Source: Eledone cirrhosa (Eukaryota). From it: 64,000 nt of DNA. The notes beneath the pieces are model-generated. The model ran no database searches. It saw only the letters and a list, made by a program, of their open reading frames with translations, and was not told where the DNA came from. How positions within the stretch are numbered: the first letter of the stretch is position 1; each line of letters starts with the position of its first letter. Below, in pieces: positions 13,545-27,282 of this stretch. The stretch spans positions 38,998,001 through 39,062,000 of the forward strand of contig OZ024747.1 of assembly GCA_964016885.1 (NCBI GenBank), read 5' to 3'. Made by a program: the position numbers and the translations under genes.

Positions 13545-14481
13545 TTGGCAAAGAAGAAAACAAAAACAATGAGTGCTGTTACGAACAGTGTTGGTGTTAG
13601 TTTCACGCTTGAGGGCGGGGATAGGGGACCACATTTCCGGCATAAGCCCTTCAACAGGAGACAGGTGGGAAGGAAAAGGGTTCCCGGAGGGTGTGGGGTG
13701 GGGTGGAAAGACATAAACAAAATTAAATTTAAGGAAACAAATTAAATGAAGGAAAAACAATTAAAATGAAAACAAGTGGTTAAAGGTTGTGAGGCGTGTA
13801 GAGGTGGTGGTGGGTAGAGGGAGGACAGGGAGAGGAGAGAAGGAAATTGGGGATCCAACCCGAGAGGGCGGAAGGTGGTGTGTGTCTATGTGTGTAGGTG
13901 TACGTGTGTGTGTGTATGCGTGAATGTGAGAGTAAGAGTTTTGGAGAGAACGAGGTTCCATGCTCGTGTATTAGAAAAACCTGTGTGTACATGGGGTGTG
14001 GTGAAAGTCTGTGTGTGTGTGTGCCTGTGGATGGAGAGGGGTCGGATGGGGTGAAGGACAGGGAGCGTGCGGAGTCCGGAGGCAGTGTAGGTGTATGTGA
14101 GGGTACGCACGTGTGTGTGTTTTAGTGTGGGGTTGATACGTGGGAATGTATAGTTGCGTGTGTGCGAAAATGGTGTAAGTGTTTGTGTGTGTGTGTTCCT
14201 GAATGTTTTTCCGGTGAGTGTGTGGGCAGATAGTGAAAATCCGGGTATTAAATAGTGGATGTCCGGAGATTGTGACCAGCAGTTTATACATATATATAAC
14301 GAAGGAGGTGTGGTAAGGAACCAAATGGACTATAACGCACCAGAGTACTCAATACTTAGGGTAGTGGATTGGGTAGTAGGAACATGTTTGACCCCGACGG
14401 CAGAGCTCAAGCCAGAGCTCTAGTCCAGAAATAGCCGTCGAAACGGCTTGAGCTCTGCCGTCGGGGTCAAACATGTTCCTA
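13545..14481 (-). mobile_element. PLE-type 3'UTR/pLTR remnant with decayed hammerhead and terminal fold-back
   Basis: Minus CTC-CTGTTGA-AGGGC-TTAT-GCCG-GAAA-TGTG-GTC (~13627-13661), a mutated form of the PLE CTGATGAAGGGCTTATGCCCGAAAC motif; 37-bp perfect inverted repeat 14377-14413 / 14445-14481. Confidence 0.5.
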
Positions 14482-14519
14482 TATATATAGAGAGAGAGAG
14501 ATGGGGGGGGGGTAGAGGG

Positions 14520-14568
<49 letters not shown>

Positions 14569-14879
14569 GCAGCCCACTTTGGGAGAATCATCATCATGAT
14601 ATCTTCAGAATCAACGGAAAGTCTACCTACCTACGCATCATAAATCACACCTTCCAACATTTCACTGGGAGTGTTCCTTTGTATTTGTGTTACTTAACAT
14701 TCAAGATTATTTGGATTATATCTTCAATACTACAATGCCGCTGCTCTCACCCAGTGTCGTTATGTATGCCTCCATGCAAGTTTAAGCCTGAGGGAGCCAT
14801 CTCTCTAGGTTTGACTACAGCAGATTCTCCTCGGAGAAGAGTCGAGAGTGAGAGAATGGAATTGGGAAAGAGAGATAGA

Positions 14880-15027
14880 GGAAGATTCGACCTCAGTACT
14901 TGACTTGTACATATGTATCGAATTTGAATGGATGAAAGGCAAGATCACCTAAGAGAGTAGAGAGCCGAAACGAATACCGCAAAGAATTATACCCGATGTT
15001 CTAATTATTCTGCTAAATAATCGCCTT
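14880..15027 (-). mobile_element. Old degenerate Nin-type SINE
   Basis: GATGAAAGGCAA core remnant and TCGCCTT head remnant in reverse orientation. Confidence 0.45.
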
Positions 15028-15749
15028 GTCGTTTCATATATTAATAAACAAAGACCAACTGGTATCAATCAGTTTGAGCATTCCAAATCTACCTCATCAA
15101 ATTTTCAGTTTATTTAACTGTTACTCCTGGTTGCTGAAGTTGTGTCGGAATTTCCTGAGGTATTTCCATCGGATACACCAACGTTAATCGGAATTTAGAT
15201 ATAAGATGCTCTCTGGATATACATTTCATTGTGTAGTGATAGTTATTTACTTCTATGAGTCATGTTACTGGTTAAATCGAAATTGTGTACACTACTAGCT
15301 ATAGTATGTGTATGGGTACAGGAATAATGAAAAGGTTTTTGTCGTAGAGACAAATAGCTGTTAGTGAACGAAATTACGTTTTGATGAGGAAATCGACATG
15401 TAGAAAGGATGAACGTTGTATAGTACAGTGAGAGGATCACTTCAATTACATAAATACAAATTGTAAGATAAATACTATAAAAGGAATATATCTGCCTCGG
15501 ATAGAAGTAACCAACTAAATCTTTCGATTGTAGGATTAATCCTACGTCAGCTCACAGTGTTATGTTCATAGAAGTCATCAACATTTCAAATTTAGTATCT
15601 AATTATTTAAATATCTATATTTTCAATGATTAAATATAAAACATTACATAAAACAATTCCCTATACACACACACGCACTTATAAGCACTCACTCTCTCTC
15701 ACATATAGTATACACACACAGAGATAGATAGATTGACACGCTCACACAA

Positions 15750-15808
<59 letters not shown>

Positions 15809-18269
15809 TACATATATATGTGGGAGGGCGGGGCGTGCGCGTAAGTATACATATGTTACTGAAGATAGTTTATAGAATTTAAAAATATATTCATTCATAT
15901 AAAAATACAGATATATATATATATATATATATCATATTGTTTCTTTTTACATCAATAAATCTACAATGATATAGATATATATTTACTGACATATCTGAAT
16001 AAAAGAATGACAATATTAATCAATCAACAAACAAATATTTTATGAAGACGATGTGAATCTTCTCGGAGGTGACTTTCACTAACCAGCCGAAATCAATGTA
16101 ATGAAATTCAAACAGAAGCAAACGAAAACAAAAAAAAAATTACAATAAAAAACCAAATGACAGAATGTAATCACGTATGAGAGGAAATTGCTGCTAAACA
16201 TTGAGAATTCAGTACTTGCGTATAAACCACTTTGTCCGCAATAATTTGTAGTCTTATACAGATTCTCATTCTCAAAGTGTCTCAATATATATCGATCGAT
16301 TGTTGCTGTTTATAGAAACAGATCTTCTTTATTTATTGGCAGATATATTAGAAGTTGATGTATTTCTATCTTATCCAATACTAAGGGGCCAAAAATTACT
16401 TAAAAGTATGAATAAAACAATAGAAATATTATTTCAATATGCATATTGTTTCTTAATAATATGCTATGTTTTATTTTTTTAAATCGCATCTATCAGTTAC
16501 TAGGAAACAAATGGGCAGTTGACGCACACATATATTAATGTGCCTGTTAAAGACTTCTGTGAGTTAACTGACAACAAAATATAATATATGCGTAGTTATT
16601 ATGTTCGAACCACAAGCACAAATCCACTTCCATGCGAACGCAGCTATAAATGTCCGCACAGAAGAATGCACACGCTATCTCATATAACACACATATTCAT
16701 AAAGTCATATCCACGCATATATATATAGAGAGCGATACATATGTATGGTGAATAGACTTTCGTTTATAAATGTATTCTTAAGGACACTAGGCTTTTCATT
16801 TCCTATACAACAACCTAACCATATTTTCTAATATGGCTTCTACTAGGCATTAATAAATGATAGTCCAGACTGCTTGTCCTATCTATTACGTTACAATGAT
16901 ACGTATCCCCAATTAGCAACCTTCCCAGTCGGGCTGTATAGCAGTTTTCAAAGACATAACCTTGACCACCGCTATGCAATCGCTGTTCTCGTCGTTGTTG
17001 TTGTCAGTGTTGTTCCTGTCGTTTTTGTCAGTGTTGTTGTTGCTGTTATTGTTGTTATCACACATCCCCAGATATTATTTTATCCGTTATGTTTCTTGTT
17101 TCTCTATTATTATAGTGTGTTTGGCGCCCAACTATTAGACTATATTATCTACTCATTGTTACAGAAACGCCTCTATTCCTATTTTAACTGATCTTGTCAA
17201 CATTTTGCATCCACAAAAAAAAATTGAAACTACATTTTTTACGAATGAAGTAATTTGAAACATACAAACCAGCAACATAATAGAGGCGAGGAGAAAGATG
17301 GTGATTATGGAGTGAGAATAAAGAGTACGGGAGTGTAGATACACATTATAATACAATATCATATCTTACAATGTCTAAATCTTATGTTAGGATCAGGCTA
17401 GTAAACTCAAAATACAACGTATAGGACATTATGATATTCGAGTTAAAAACACAAAATCTTGCGTTAAAGCTTTACTTCACATCAGTACGAACGTTTGTCT
17501 AAAGTTTGAAGCATTAGCTCATCACAAATCATGTTCGTCTACTTCCGATTTATACTAGCATCTCAATATTCTACGGATAATATATTTAGCCTTTCTAATA
17601 ACCACATTGCGAGTCGCAAATTACTGTGAAAGACCAGTTCATCACGTATGGAAAGTGACATCGCTTTTAAACTGACAAACATTCCTCTCGTCCAAAGTGT
17701 AGAATGAAACTATTTCAGAAAATATTGATGAATAACGTAGGAGAAATTGCTATATGCCAAGTATATTTTCTCTAGAGACACAACATGACTTGAAGATAAC
17801 ATTGCTTTTGTTCCACTGGGATTTGTCAACGGCATTACACAGTATGAAATTTCAATTGAAATGCATATATTACTCTCATATGTCCCAGGCCCTTTCTCTA
17901 GTCAGCCATTTCATCCTGAGAGGTTACCGCCCCACCCCCTCATCCACACCGCCCTCACTCGCGCCCGTGCTGTCCACCGCTCCACCGCCCTCAACCCACG
18001 CCCACGCACACCCACCCACCGTCACCCCTTCTTCATAACATACCACCCCTCCACCCTACCCTTCCACCGCACCCTCCTGCGCCCCTTCCGACGCCTCAAA
18101 TCCAACCCCTCCCTCATCTTCCCATCCCACCCCCTCCTTCAAACGCGCGCGAAATCTCCGCTCCCTTCTCGTCCGCATATATGGAGGAAAGAGAGGGAGA
18201 GAAAGAGGGATGACCTATTAGATGGTAGAGGAATTGGGAGACTGACACACCGACGTACAAGAAAAGAGA

Positions 18270-18862
18270 CACATTGGAATTCGCATCATCAGTCTGGAAC
18301 CCCTATCTTGCTCAGAACATTGACTTCCTGGAAACTGTTCAGAGACGTGCAACCAAGCGCATGCCCTCCATCAGACACCTACCATACTCTGAACGCCTTG
18401 CTTCCCTGGGCATGGATTCATGGAAGCTCCGAGGTCTGGCAACTGACTTGGTAAACACCCACAAAGTTATTAACCTTCTCGCCAACAACAACCCTGAGCA
18501 CCTTTTTGATCTCCATGTGTCTAACACACGTGGACATGCCTACAAAGTCAGAAAACTGCATAGCTCCCATGACTTCCCGAAACATTTTTTCACGCTTAGA
18601 GTTGCTGAAGCATGGAAGAAACTGCCTGCGTCAGTTGTTAGCTGCCGAGACGCTGCATCCTTTAAAACCCTCATGCTTCCCGAAATTCGCCAAAACTACA
18701 CCTGATGTCCCCCTTCCATACACATGCACACATGTGTATATCATGACTCTGCTTTGTTCATTTTCCTGACGTTTGTACATAACCCTATGTACTATACATA
18801 GAGTTTTAATGAGTTGTAGTGCACCTGAGGACTGTACACAATATTTTCATTATTATTATTAT
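18270..18862 (+). mobile_element. CR1-clade LINE 3' fragment (ORF2 C-terminus, 3'UTR, (ATT)n tail)
   Basis: ORF 18274-18705: EFASSVWNPY..LETVQRRATK..YSERL..TRGH..KHFFTLRVAEAW..LP, typical of CR1; ends in ATTATTATTATT. Confidence 0.9.
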
Positions 18863-19726
18863 ATATATAGAGATAGAGAGTGGGAGAGAGAAACAGAGAG
18901 AGAGGGGAGGTTTACAAATTAAGAACATGTATTGATTTCGTTCGTCAGTCATTGTGATAATCATCACGAACGCAAAAATCAAAAATAAAATGTCTATCAG
19001 TTTTACGGTTATATGTTGTATTATACCACTGAGACTGTACAGCAATTGTTCAACATGTCTCAGTTGGGATTGGTCAATACTTATTATCCAGCCTCAGTTT
19101 ACGAAGGTTGTATCTGTGTTTCAGTTAGGTAGATTTAAATGTTATAAACAAATGTTTGCTATTCTTGTAAAATCTACTAACCACCCATCCTCTCATCAGC
19201 TAGCTGCACACCCAGACACAGAGTCTCACACACACACACACACACAGGTAAACCCCCAAACACACACGAGTAAACATACACATACACATGTAAACACACA
19301 CATACACACGTACACACTCATACACACATAGACACACACTTACACAGAATATTACCTCGTTATATTAATATAGGGTTTTATGATTTGATGTATTTGGCAA
19401 TTAGGTGTATTTTCATTGGTTCTCAGAGGTTCATGTTGAACTTCGATTAATTGGTAGCAGATTAATCTAGCCTCCATCTCAATCTTCAGCTTTGCGAAGA
19501 GAAATATTTATGCATATATAGAAATATTTTGCGACTGATGCTTAGTCACATGGAAGGAGTTTTTGTAAGAAATATTAATATCTAGGGGTGCCAACTCTTT
19601 TGAGAAAATATAATGTGTTGAATATATTTGTTGTTTGTTAGTCGAATTACTTCGGCCAAAGAAGATTTCTCCCATGACATCCTGTTCTTTTTCCAGGTTT
19701 CTAGTGGGGCAGTCGGTGTTATAGGA

Positions 19727-19792
<66 letters not shown>

Positions 19793-19898
19793 AATGTAAA
19801 TCTGAGTTTTTCGAATATTAATAGTATTCTATTCGTTTGCAATTATGCAAACAGTCTCTTAAACCATATCATTAGAATGACACCGTCGTATAAACAGG

Positions 19899-19945
19899 AC
19901 GGCAAACACTAATGTTTCTGGGTTATTGCCCTTCATCACTACCGT
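19899..19945 (-). ncRNA. Type I hammerhead ribozyme, near-intact (C3->G)
   Basis: Minus ACGGTA-GTGATGA-AGGG-CAATAA-CCCA-GAAA-CATTAGTG-TT-TGCCGT; stems I-III pair. Confidence 0.75.
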
Positions 19946-20960
19946 ATACAGAACTGATGAAAATATATGATATTTTCTGGAATATACAGTGACTGATGAG
20001 CCTAATTTGCATATTATCAGACTGCCTGATCAACCAGATCTGCATATTAGCAGACCCACTGTCCAGCCAGATTTACATTTCAGCAGAAATGTAAGGAAAG
20101 ATACAAATACATAAGGAAGACGGGGTTGGTGTTCTGTATATTATCCCGCCATATACGGGTAGCGAGTACAAATGCACTGAAATCCTACTGGTTAACAAAG
20201 CTAGCAGTAAATAAATTGTAGCTGGTTTGAACTCCCACTGACCATATCGAGTCGTAGGCCGAGGATGTGGGGGGATGGTACATAGAGAGAAGAAATAAAG
20301 TTGGTAATATTCTAGGTGTAGTTCAGTGGTCAGCCAACCACACCCCTGCGACTGCGCAGTGCTGTCGGGACGACATGTAAATTAGAAGAGAGCAGAAACC
20401 AAGAGCAAAAACACACATTTTTGTAGTCCGCTCCCTTCCACATAAAATTGCCAGAGAAATGTTACCTTTTAATTTGTCTGAAGAAATCACGGCTCAATCA
20501 ATAAAGGACTCTAACATATTCAACTTCGCATTTTGATCTTTATTAATATACACCGCCATCACTGTTTTTAGGAAATAATACATATATATATATATACATA
20601 TAAATATATTATTGTGGAACCACCGTCGATTTTGACGGCAATCTTTCCTGTTGTTTCCCCAACGAAACAATCTGCTTATAAAACAGAATGACCTGGCATC
20701 CCAGTGACTCATATCATAATTGTCAAGGTTATTGTTTGACAATGAATCATCGTGACGAATGGGCGGCGCTCAAATGTTTAACGTGCCAATTGGAATCGAA
20801 TTCCTGACGTTAAGATCGTAAATTAATACGTTAGACACAAATACATGCGTCTTCATATATACACATACGTATGTGTATATATGAAGGCGCATGTATGTTT
20901 GTGTGAGTATATTTTGAGGTGTATATGTGTCTGTATCTATGTGCATGTATATATGTATCG

Positions 20961-21030
<70 letters not shown>

Positions 21031-21634
21031 GTTTACATATATATATATATATACATTTAGGGTAAATATTGATGCAATTCAATTAAAGCACTCAACGTAC
21101 TCAACGTAAAACCATGATACCTAGAATAAGTTTATCTTCCCTTATAAGGTGATGGTCAGTCGTACCGTCAACGCTTAGTGAGGGGTAGTATTATGACCTG
21201 TAAAAACTAACACTCTCCCATCCCCTCTGGCTCTCGGCTGCCTGCCACAGCCGTTATGGGTAGCAGTAAAATATGGTACAGGCATTGGTGGGCCATTGTT
21301 TTGGCTGACAGGGTGAACTGACTAAGCAAATTTCGTTGAAATCTGCGGTGGCTAATGGTCAAATTCCTTCGGACATGCGCTTGCGCAGGCCGGTGGGGGT
21401 GAATTGGTACTCACAAGGGAGCGGATGAAAAATCCCAAAACACGCAATTCATCCGTTCCCATGTCGATCCAATTTGGATTGCCTCGGAAACATAACCTTA
21501 TTATTTTAGAAGCGGTCTGATGATGACACGACACTCGCACACAGAACATTGTGGCCAGTGTCGTCACTGAAATATATATCACAGCATTATTATTAAGGGA
21601 CTTGGACATCTGAAACTACTTCGCTTTTCCTTAT

Positions 21635-22415
<781 letters not shown>

Positions 22416-22458
22416 ATATTAAATAAATGGAAACTATATTCAAAAAACTGTTTTATAA

Positions 22459-22533
<75 letters not shown>

Positions 22534-23752
22534 CGTGCGTGTGTGTGTATTTATATATACAGTAACACACACACACACACATAAAACATACACCCACATA
22601 TATATATATATATATATGCATATATGTAAATGAGTGCATTCGTACAAGCTCAACAATACCTAAGGCCCACCATGAATATAGAAGAACCTACCGTATAATG
22701 TATGTGTCTACACGCGGATTTAGTGTTTTCTTTTCACTAATTAGTACGCAATATGCCTTTTCACGCAGATGCCATGTGATATTCAACAGAAATTATGTTA
22801 AGTTCTCTTTCTGTGACAGTCTAGTATGAACATAAACTGCTGTAGTGACGACAAACGGAAATTGAGGATAATATTTTCCTAGATAAACGGAATATTCAGC
22901 TGCGGCTTTCATGGATAAAATGCACGCCATCATCGTTATGTTCAGCTACATCAGATTTGGATCTGAGCAACAAGAAAAGCTAAGCCTCTGTGCAATCTAA
23001 TTTGAAACATAGAGGCATTGAGATATAAAATATAAGTCGATCTATAACTCATGCTTTCGTTTATTTCTCTATTATATTGTCATTGTATCGCCATTAGAAC
23101 TGATAAAAATTCAAAGGGATTTTTTTTACGTGTTGTTCGTTTATACGGTTATTATATAAACAGTAACATCATACCTTGTACGTTTTATGAAAATATTAAT
23201 GGAGCTGTCACATTAGCAATTTCTGAACTGAAAGTGGTCGCATGCCTATGTGTTACGTGCGTGCGTATCAATACAGTTGATATTTACAAAGGTAGGAATA
23301 CAAAAGAGATTAAAGCCAAGTAATTTGCACACTGCCGATATTTACTCAATACAGTAGAATGTTTTCAATTCAGTTTTTAAACGGGAGTTATAATATTCTT
23401 TTTATCTTCATTTTCATTTATGTTGTAGTAATATGGCTTTAAAGTGGGACTGGGTTGGAATTCAAATATTCTATTATTTTAAACAAAATTGAAATTAAAA
23501 CATAAACAACAATCGAACAAATCGCTGTTTTTTCTGTTAGTCTCCATTTTCTAATCGGAACAAATTTACTGTTTTTCTACTGCTATTCGATTGTACGTTA
23601 TGACGAAAACAAAAGATTGGTTCTGTTGTCTGATCGGCTAGTATTGAAATGCTAATCGTTATTAAATCAGATACTATAAATCAACCCTAAAAGAGGAAGA
23701 ATGCAATGGCTACTGTAGTTTAAAATACATTAAAGCCGAAAGGCGTGAAAAC

Positions 23753-23880
23753 AAGGCGGCGAATTAGCAGAGTCGTTAGGACGGGTTTGTGTTATTCGTT
23801 TCGTCTTTCTGCTCGCCGAGTTCCAATGCCACCAAGGCCAACTTGCCTTTAACGCATTCAACGTTGATAAAAAAAATACC
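23753..23880 (+). mobile_element. Old degenerate tRNA-derived SINE
   Basis: AAGGCGGCGAATTAGCAGAGTCGTTAG head, GAGTTCCAATGCC B-box-like, GCCTTT...GATAAAA core remnant. Confidence 0.55.
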
Positions 23881-24665
23881 ACTCAAACCGTTCATTGTAT
23901 ATAAAATTATACTGTATGCTGCTTTCATATACACTCTAACTATGTATATATATAGTTTGATTTTTTTCGTGGTGAAAAAAAAATGTCTATCTATTTTGTT
24001 CTGTGAATAAGTCAGACAATGTCAGTATAATTCGAGAATGCCAGACAACACTGTTTCATAATTCGTTAATATTTCGTCAGTGACGTCCACTCAATAGATA
24101 CTTACAGTGAAATAGATTAGACTCTATATAGAATCAATAGCAAATTGAAAACGTCGACAGAAAATTGTCATTTGCATATAATACGAATTTGGCAGGATAC
24201 AATTAATAGGTTATATCCCTACAGCGGTGTATATGAAACTATATACTAGATGTTTATAGACATAAACTTATATTAGTCTGACTATTAAAAAAATAAACAT
24301 TCTGTTTGTGACGAAAAATAATCTTTCTTCTTCTGTCTTTGAACACGTCACAGATTCTTATTATCAGTTGAGCAGGCCAGCCAGCACTGTTTTAAGAACC
24401 GTTAATATTTCAACCGTTGCATTTGCTATACGCAAATGAGCATCTCTAGAATATGTTTATCACGCGATGTATGTATAGATTCTAGTATATTTCTGTCAGA
24501 ACCAGTTGAGTTAATATCAATGATGAAAGATTAACGAATATTGGTGACGTGTTCACAGAACAGAAAAGATGCAAAATGTTTCATCGCAAAAAAAATATTT
24601 GTTCTTTAATAATGAGGCTATCAGATGTTAATAGCATATGCTTTCACCCCTACAATATAATACAT

Positions 24666-24703
<38 letters not shown>

Positions 24704-24742
24704 CTATAACTATATATATATATACACATATATATATATACG

Positions 24743-24819
<77 letters not shown>

Positions 24820-24839
24820 GTGTGTGTGTGTATGTGTGT

Positions 24840-24921
<82 letters not shown>

Positions 24922-25445
24922 ACTTATGTGTGTACGTATGTGTGTTTAGGGCAAATATCTATAGTGATGTATTCAATAAAATAAATTTCTTTGTAAATGA
25001 TTGTATCTTTCATATATTCTGTGCTTTTGCCATTAATTGTTTGTTCCTTATTTTATGTCAGCCATGAAACCTTTGCTCTGTATTTAACGTCATTCAATCT
25101 GTTAGTATCGATTTGCAATAAATGTAAGATATTACCACAAAATTTATCATCATACTTTGTTTTAAATATTTGTATTTCTGCTACCACATGCTTCTATTTT
25201 CTGCAACACCCCCGGATCCTCCTCTAAACATATATCATTAAATGCTTCCGTTTATCCTCCCATTCAACAATTGTTGTAACATGGAACCTGTTATGTTTTC
25301 TAACGTATTTACTCGTGACAACGTTTATATACACGGAATACCATGGATACAATATATATTGATTTCTAGGCGTCTGAAGAGGAGGAGGCGCCAGAAGGAG
25401 CAATTGTTTGTATATCATATACATTAACTATAGGATAAACATATA

Positions 25446-25611
25446 CAAGTGTCGGCTGAAAAGTTCATAGGCAGCTGAAGATACTTTCATGCACTGACCA
25501 AATTAGGTTTATTTTTCAACATATTCTGTAAAAAAAACAATGCATGCAAGATTTCACAGTACTATCATCACTCTTTCATAGTCAGCCTATGGAGTTTTCA
25601 GCCTATCCTCG
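25446..25611. mobile_element. Tc1/mariner-derived MITE
   Basis: Imperfect TIRs CAAGTGTCGGCTGAAAAGTTCATAGGC / GCCTATGGAGTTTTCAGCCTATCCTCG, flanked by TA on both sides. Confidence 0.75.
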
Positions 25612-27128
25612 TATATAAATATTTCTAGATATAATATAAATAACGGATTCTATTCATGAAACTTTGATTTACTATGTTATATAGAGTACTGAAAAATTGA
25701 AACAAAATCGTAATCAACGTGACCTTAATATAGAGTATTAGATATATTTTATGTTTCTCTTTCCAAAATTAACGTTTGAATGTATTTGCAAAGAAATAAA
25801 AAAAATGTTGTTCTCTAAAGACATTTCTCGAACATTGATTTTAAATACAGATGATAGTTTTCGTTCATTAAGAAGAAAATGATTCAAGATACATCCACTT
25901 GTGAAATTATATGTAAACGTATTTACTTGTTAGAAATTATAACACAGTATTCAAATTTGAGAAGAATGTGATTAAATTAGAATTAATTATCTACCGTAAT
26001 CGATATCCTAGTATATTTGTAAAACTAAAAAAGACGAACATCTTCCCGATGTTTAAATTTCCCGAAACTGAACATGGCTGCAATTCAGTACATATATTGA
26101 TCATTATTAATGATGTCTGAGCATCCGGCTTTCCAGGATGAATTATATTGAAAGGCGTAATTTACGGATATACAAATTATTTCAAAACATTAATCTTGAT
26201 AGCAAATGAGCTTTACAAAAATATTTAAAAATTATGAACAATTCCTAAACTTAAAATATGTATTTATTGCTTTTATTTATGATTTCAATATCTGATTAAA
26301 TTTTCGGAATATTTTACATACAAAGAAAGTAGCTTCCAGCTTTTTAAACTAGTAAATATGTTGTATACAATAAATCTAACCTACATGTTAAATGTGTAAC
26401 TTTCTAAAATGCTTATCTTTCTTTTGATAAAAAAGATCTACTACTTCTACAATCATTTTCATATTAGATATCTTTCGTTAACTTATCAGTTTTCATATTA
26501 TTTCGTGAAAGTGAATCATATGGCATATATTGTAGAGTAATATCTTTTCGAGATCAAAATACTTTTGAAAAGTGATCCTTAAAGCATAGTGAATTACATA
26601 AGTACAGTACGATTAACGTTGCTTAATATATATCTAAAATTTACCCTTTCTGTATTCTCGCATATCAAGTCATATTTTCAAACATCCGCTTCTTATATTG
26701 ATATTGATGATGACTGTTGGATGTGAGAGGTTCTAATTGATGTACAATGTCAAATAATGTACAATGCCAAGCTCTGCAACAACCTTCATGATATTCCCAT
26801 ATCATCATTAAGAATGCGTGTGAGATAATGGAATGTTTTTTAAGAAGTTGCTTTGTGAAAATTAATGATATCTTCGCTATATTAACAGTATGGTGGTTAG
26901 ATATATTTGATCCGGTTTCTACTGTTAAATGAAATATATTCAAAGAAATTCTGTTATGTAATTTAAATATTCACGTATGAAATGTTTGCAGTATATTTGA
27001 AAGAAAAAGAAATTCTCCAAGTTCAACACTCACATCTTTACAGCAGTATCATTTCAAATCGAAAATAATGAATTTCTGGCTTGTTTTACTGCTTCTCTAC
27101 ATTAGGAAGAGGCAAAGTCATTCACATA

Positions 27129-27282
27129 AATAATTGTTTCTACTGTTGGCACAAGGCCAGCAATTACCCAGGGCATTACTGGTACTTTATGTTATGGACC
27201 CCATAAGGATGATAGGCAAAGCTAACCTCGGCGGGATTTGAATTCAGAATGGCAAGGGCCGTAACTATGCGTGAAAGCATGA
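27129..27282 (-). mobile_element. SINE, 5'-truncated
   Basis: Reverse complement of the SINE body and tail. Confidence 0.9.

Noticed and set aside
17861-18454. 197-aa ORF
   Set aside because: Low-complexity C-rich sequence running into an alternative frame of the CR1 fragment
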